From contig NW_027266275.1 in assembly GCF_022045235.1 (NCBI RefSeq), positions 17,670,001 through 17,734,000 on the forward strand: a stretch of 64,000 nt of DNA. The letters run 5' to 3'. Below the pieces are notes generated by a model that was not told the origin of the DNA, did not search any database, and worked only from the letters and a program-made list of their open reading frames with translations. The translations under genes and the position numbers were made by a program. Origin of the DNA: Haliotis cracherodii (Eukaryota). Shown here in pieces: positions 62,483 to 64,000 of this stretch (positions are counted from its first letter, which is position 1; each line of letters begins with the position of its first letter).

Positions 62483-63681
62483 ATGAGGGACATTTATGAA
62501 AACTACATTAATATGTTCAGTAGACTTTGAGAAGAGGCTTAAGCTTCATAATCTCACTTGCACTTCAGCCCTGGTATGCTAAAAAGAGGAGAAGATGCTG
62601 ACAGAGATCAAACAAACAGGCGACACAAGCTGACTTGCCCATTGAGCAGGTGAGCTAAGGTCTGGTTTGATAGCCGTTTGCAAAACCATCTGGTTGCTGG
62701 TGAGAAACAGCTTGTATTGTGATGACACTGCTCGACAGTGCTCAGTAGAAAATAACTCTCAATGTTTCTGCCTAATTTACAGTTTCAACAAGGCAGCCCA
62801 TGGTAATCACGGCAAGTGGTAGAGTGTCCTCCAAATGTCAGACAGTGATGTTATGGCAACTTCGATACACCTTGACATTCACCGCAACCACATGTATTTA
62901 GTGTTTGTAACAACAGTTTAACTGATCAGATAGACAAGCACTGCGGAATATGTCGCAATCAGACTTGTGTCGGGCTGAAAGTCTAGTCCAGTCGAGACAG
63001 TGGTCTGGATCGGTGAGATCTTAGCAGGAGTTATGTCCCTTGCTATCACAGTCTGAACATTCAAGATCGACGTCAATATCATATCATTGATTATTGCTAA
63101 TACAATTTATCAATTAATTGAAAAAGTACCCTCACAAACATTTAACAAAACTTGTAACCCATTCTTTCTAACCATGCTGATTGATTTTGTTTAAGCAAGC
63201 CATATTGCTACACAAGTCATTACAGTGCTAGTTTAGCAATACCTCAACATCTAAGGCAGCTTATTGATGAAAACAGCTAAATAGATGTGTGACAACTCAA
63301 TCCGGATCCGAGAGTCAATTACATGGTAACTGTCTTAGAATTTCATTGCAGAGTTTGGTCCAGTACTGACAGAGATTCCACTGATTCCACTGTAACCTGG
63401 CAACTCTCTATCAGTATTCCTGCTACAGAGACACGAGCCAACAAAGACAGAAATACAATTTAGATTCAGATATGAACTGTTTACAAAATGAATTCCATAC
63501 CTGACTATTATTGAGCTGAATAAAAGCGGCCATTGTTGATGAAAAACCAGCAGATGGAGAACAATCAATAACATGCAGCAAGGGAAATATCACATAACAG
63601 CAATATCAAGATTGAACATGAATATATTATCTGTTTGTTTCCTGCTAAATGCCACATTCAGCAATACTCCAATCATATGAT

Positions 63682-63957
63682 TTTGGTTTGGTTGGTTTGT
63701 TTGTTGTTTAACGCCGCACTCAGCAATATTCAAGCTATATGACGGCGGTCTGTAAATAATCGAGTCTGGACCAGACAATCCAGTGATTAATATCATGATC
63801 ATCGATCCACGCAATTGGGATCGATGACATGCATCAACCAAGTCAGCGAACCTGACCACCCGATCCCGTTTGTCGCTTCTTACGGCAAGCATAGTCGCCT
63901 TTCACGGCAAGAATGGGTTGCTGAAGACCTATTCTACCCCAGAATCTTCACGGGTCT
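63682..63957 (-). mobile_element. SINE-like family A copy nested in an older copy
   Basis: 12-bp TSD caatcatatgat at 63670-63681 and 63958-63969. Confidence 0.88.
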
Positions 63958-64000
63958 CAATCATATGATGTCAGCCTGTAAATAACATGAAAAAACAAGT

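Overview
Eukaryotic, intron-rich animal DNA, probably a mollusc (the SINE repertoire suggests a gastropod such as abalone; this is inference). Two convergent genes are present. On the + strand lies most of a non-muscle myosin II heavy chain gene (zipper/MYH9/10-type): 33 constitutive coding exons from 3150 to the stop at 41060 that splice in frame to about 1,790 codons, with the N-terminus upstream of the window. It carries a U12-type intron, candidate loop-1 micro-exons and candidate stop-containing tail micro-exons. On the - strand lies a complete 4-coding-exon SLC16/monocarboxylate transporter gene (ATG 58731, stop 50985, 431 aa). Introns and flanks are full of SINEs, MITEs, Helentron-like fragments and minisatellites. 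The most unusual signals are: (1) tandem arrays built from amplified exon/intron junctions (15 decoy acceptors in myosin, about 60 AG|GT donor copies in SLC16); (2) an abundant head-less SINE-like family whose insertions start at the same nucleotide of a predicted pseudoknotted RNA; (3) inverted pairs of degenerate hammerhead-like motifs.
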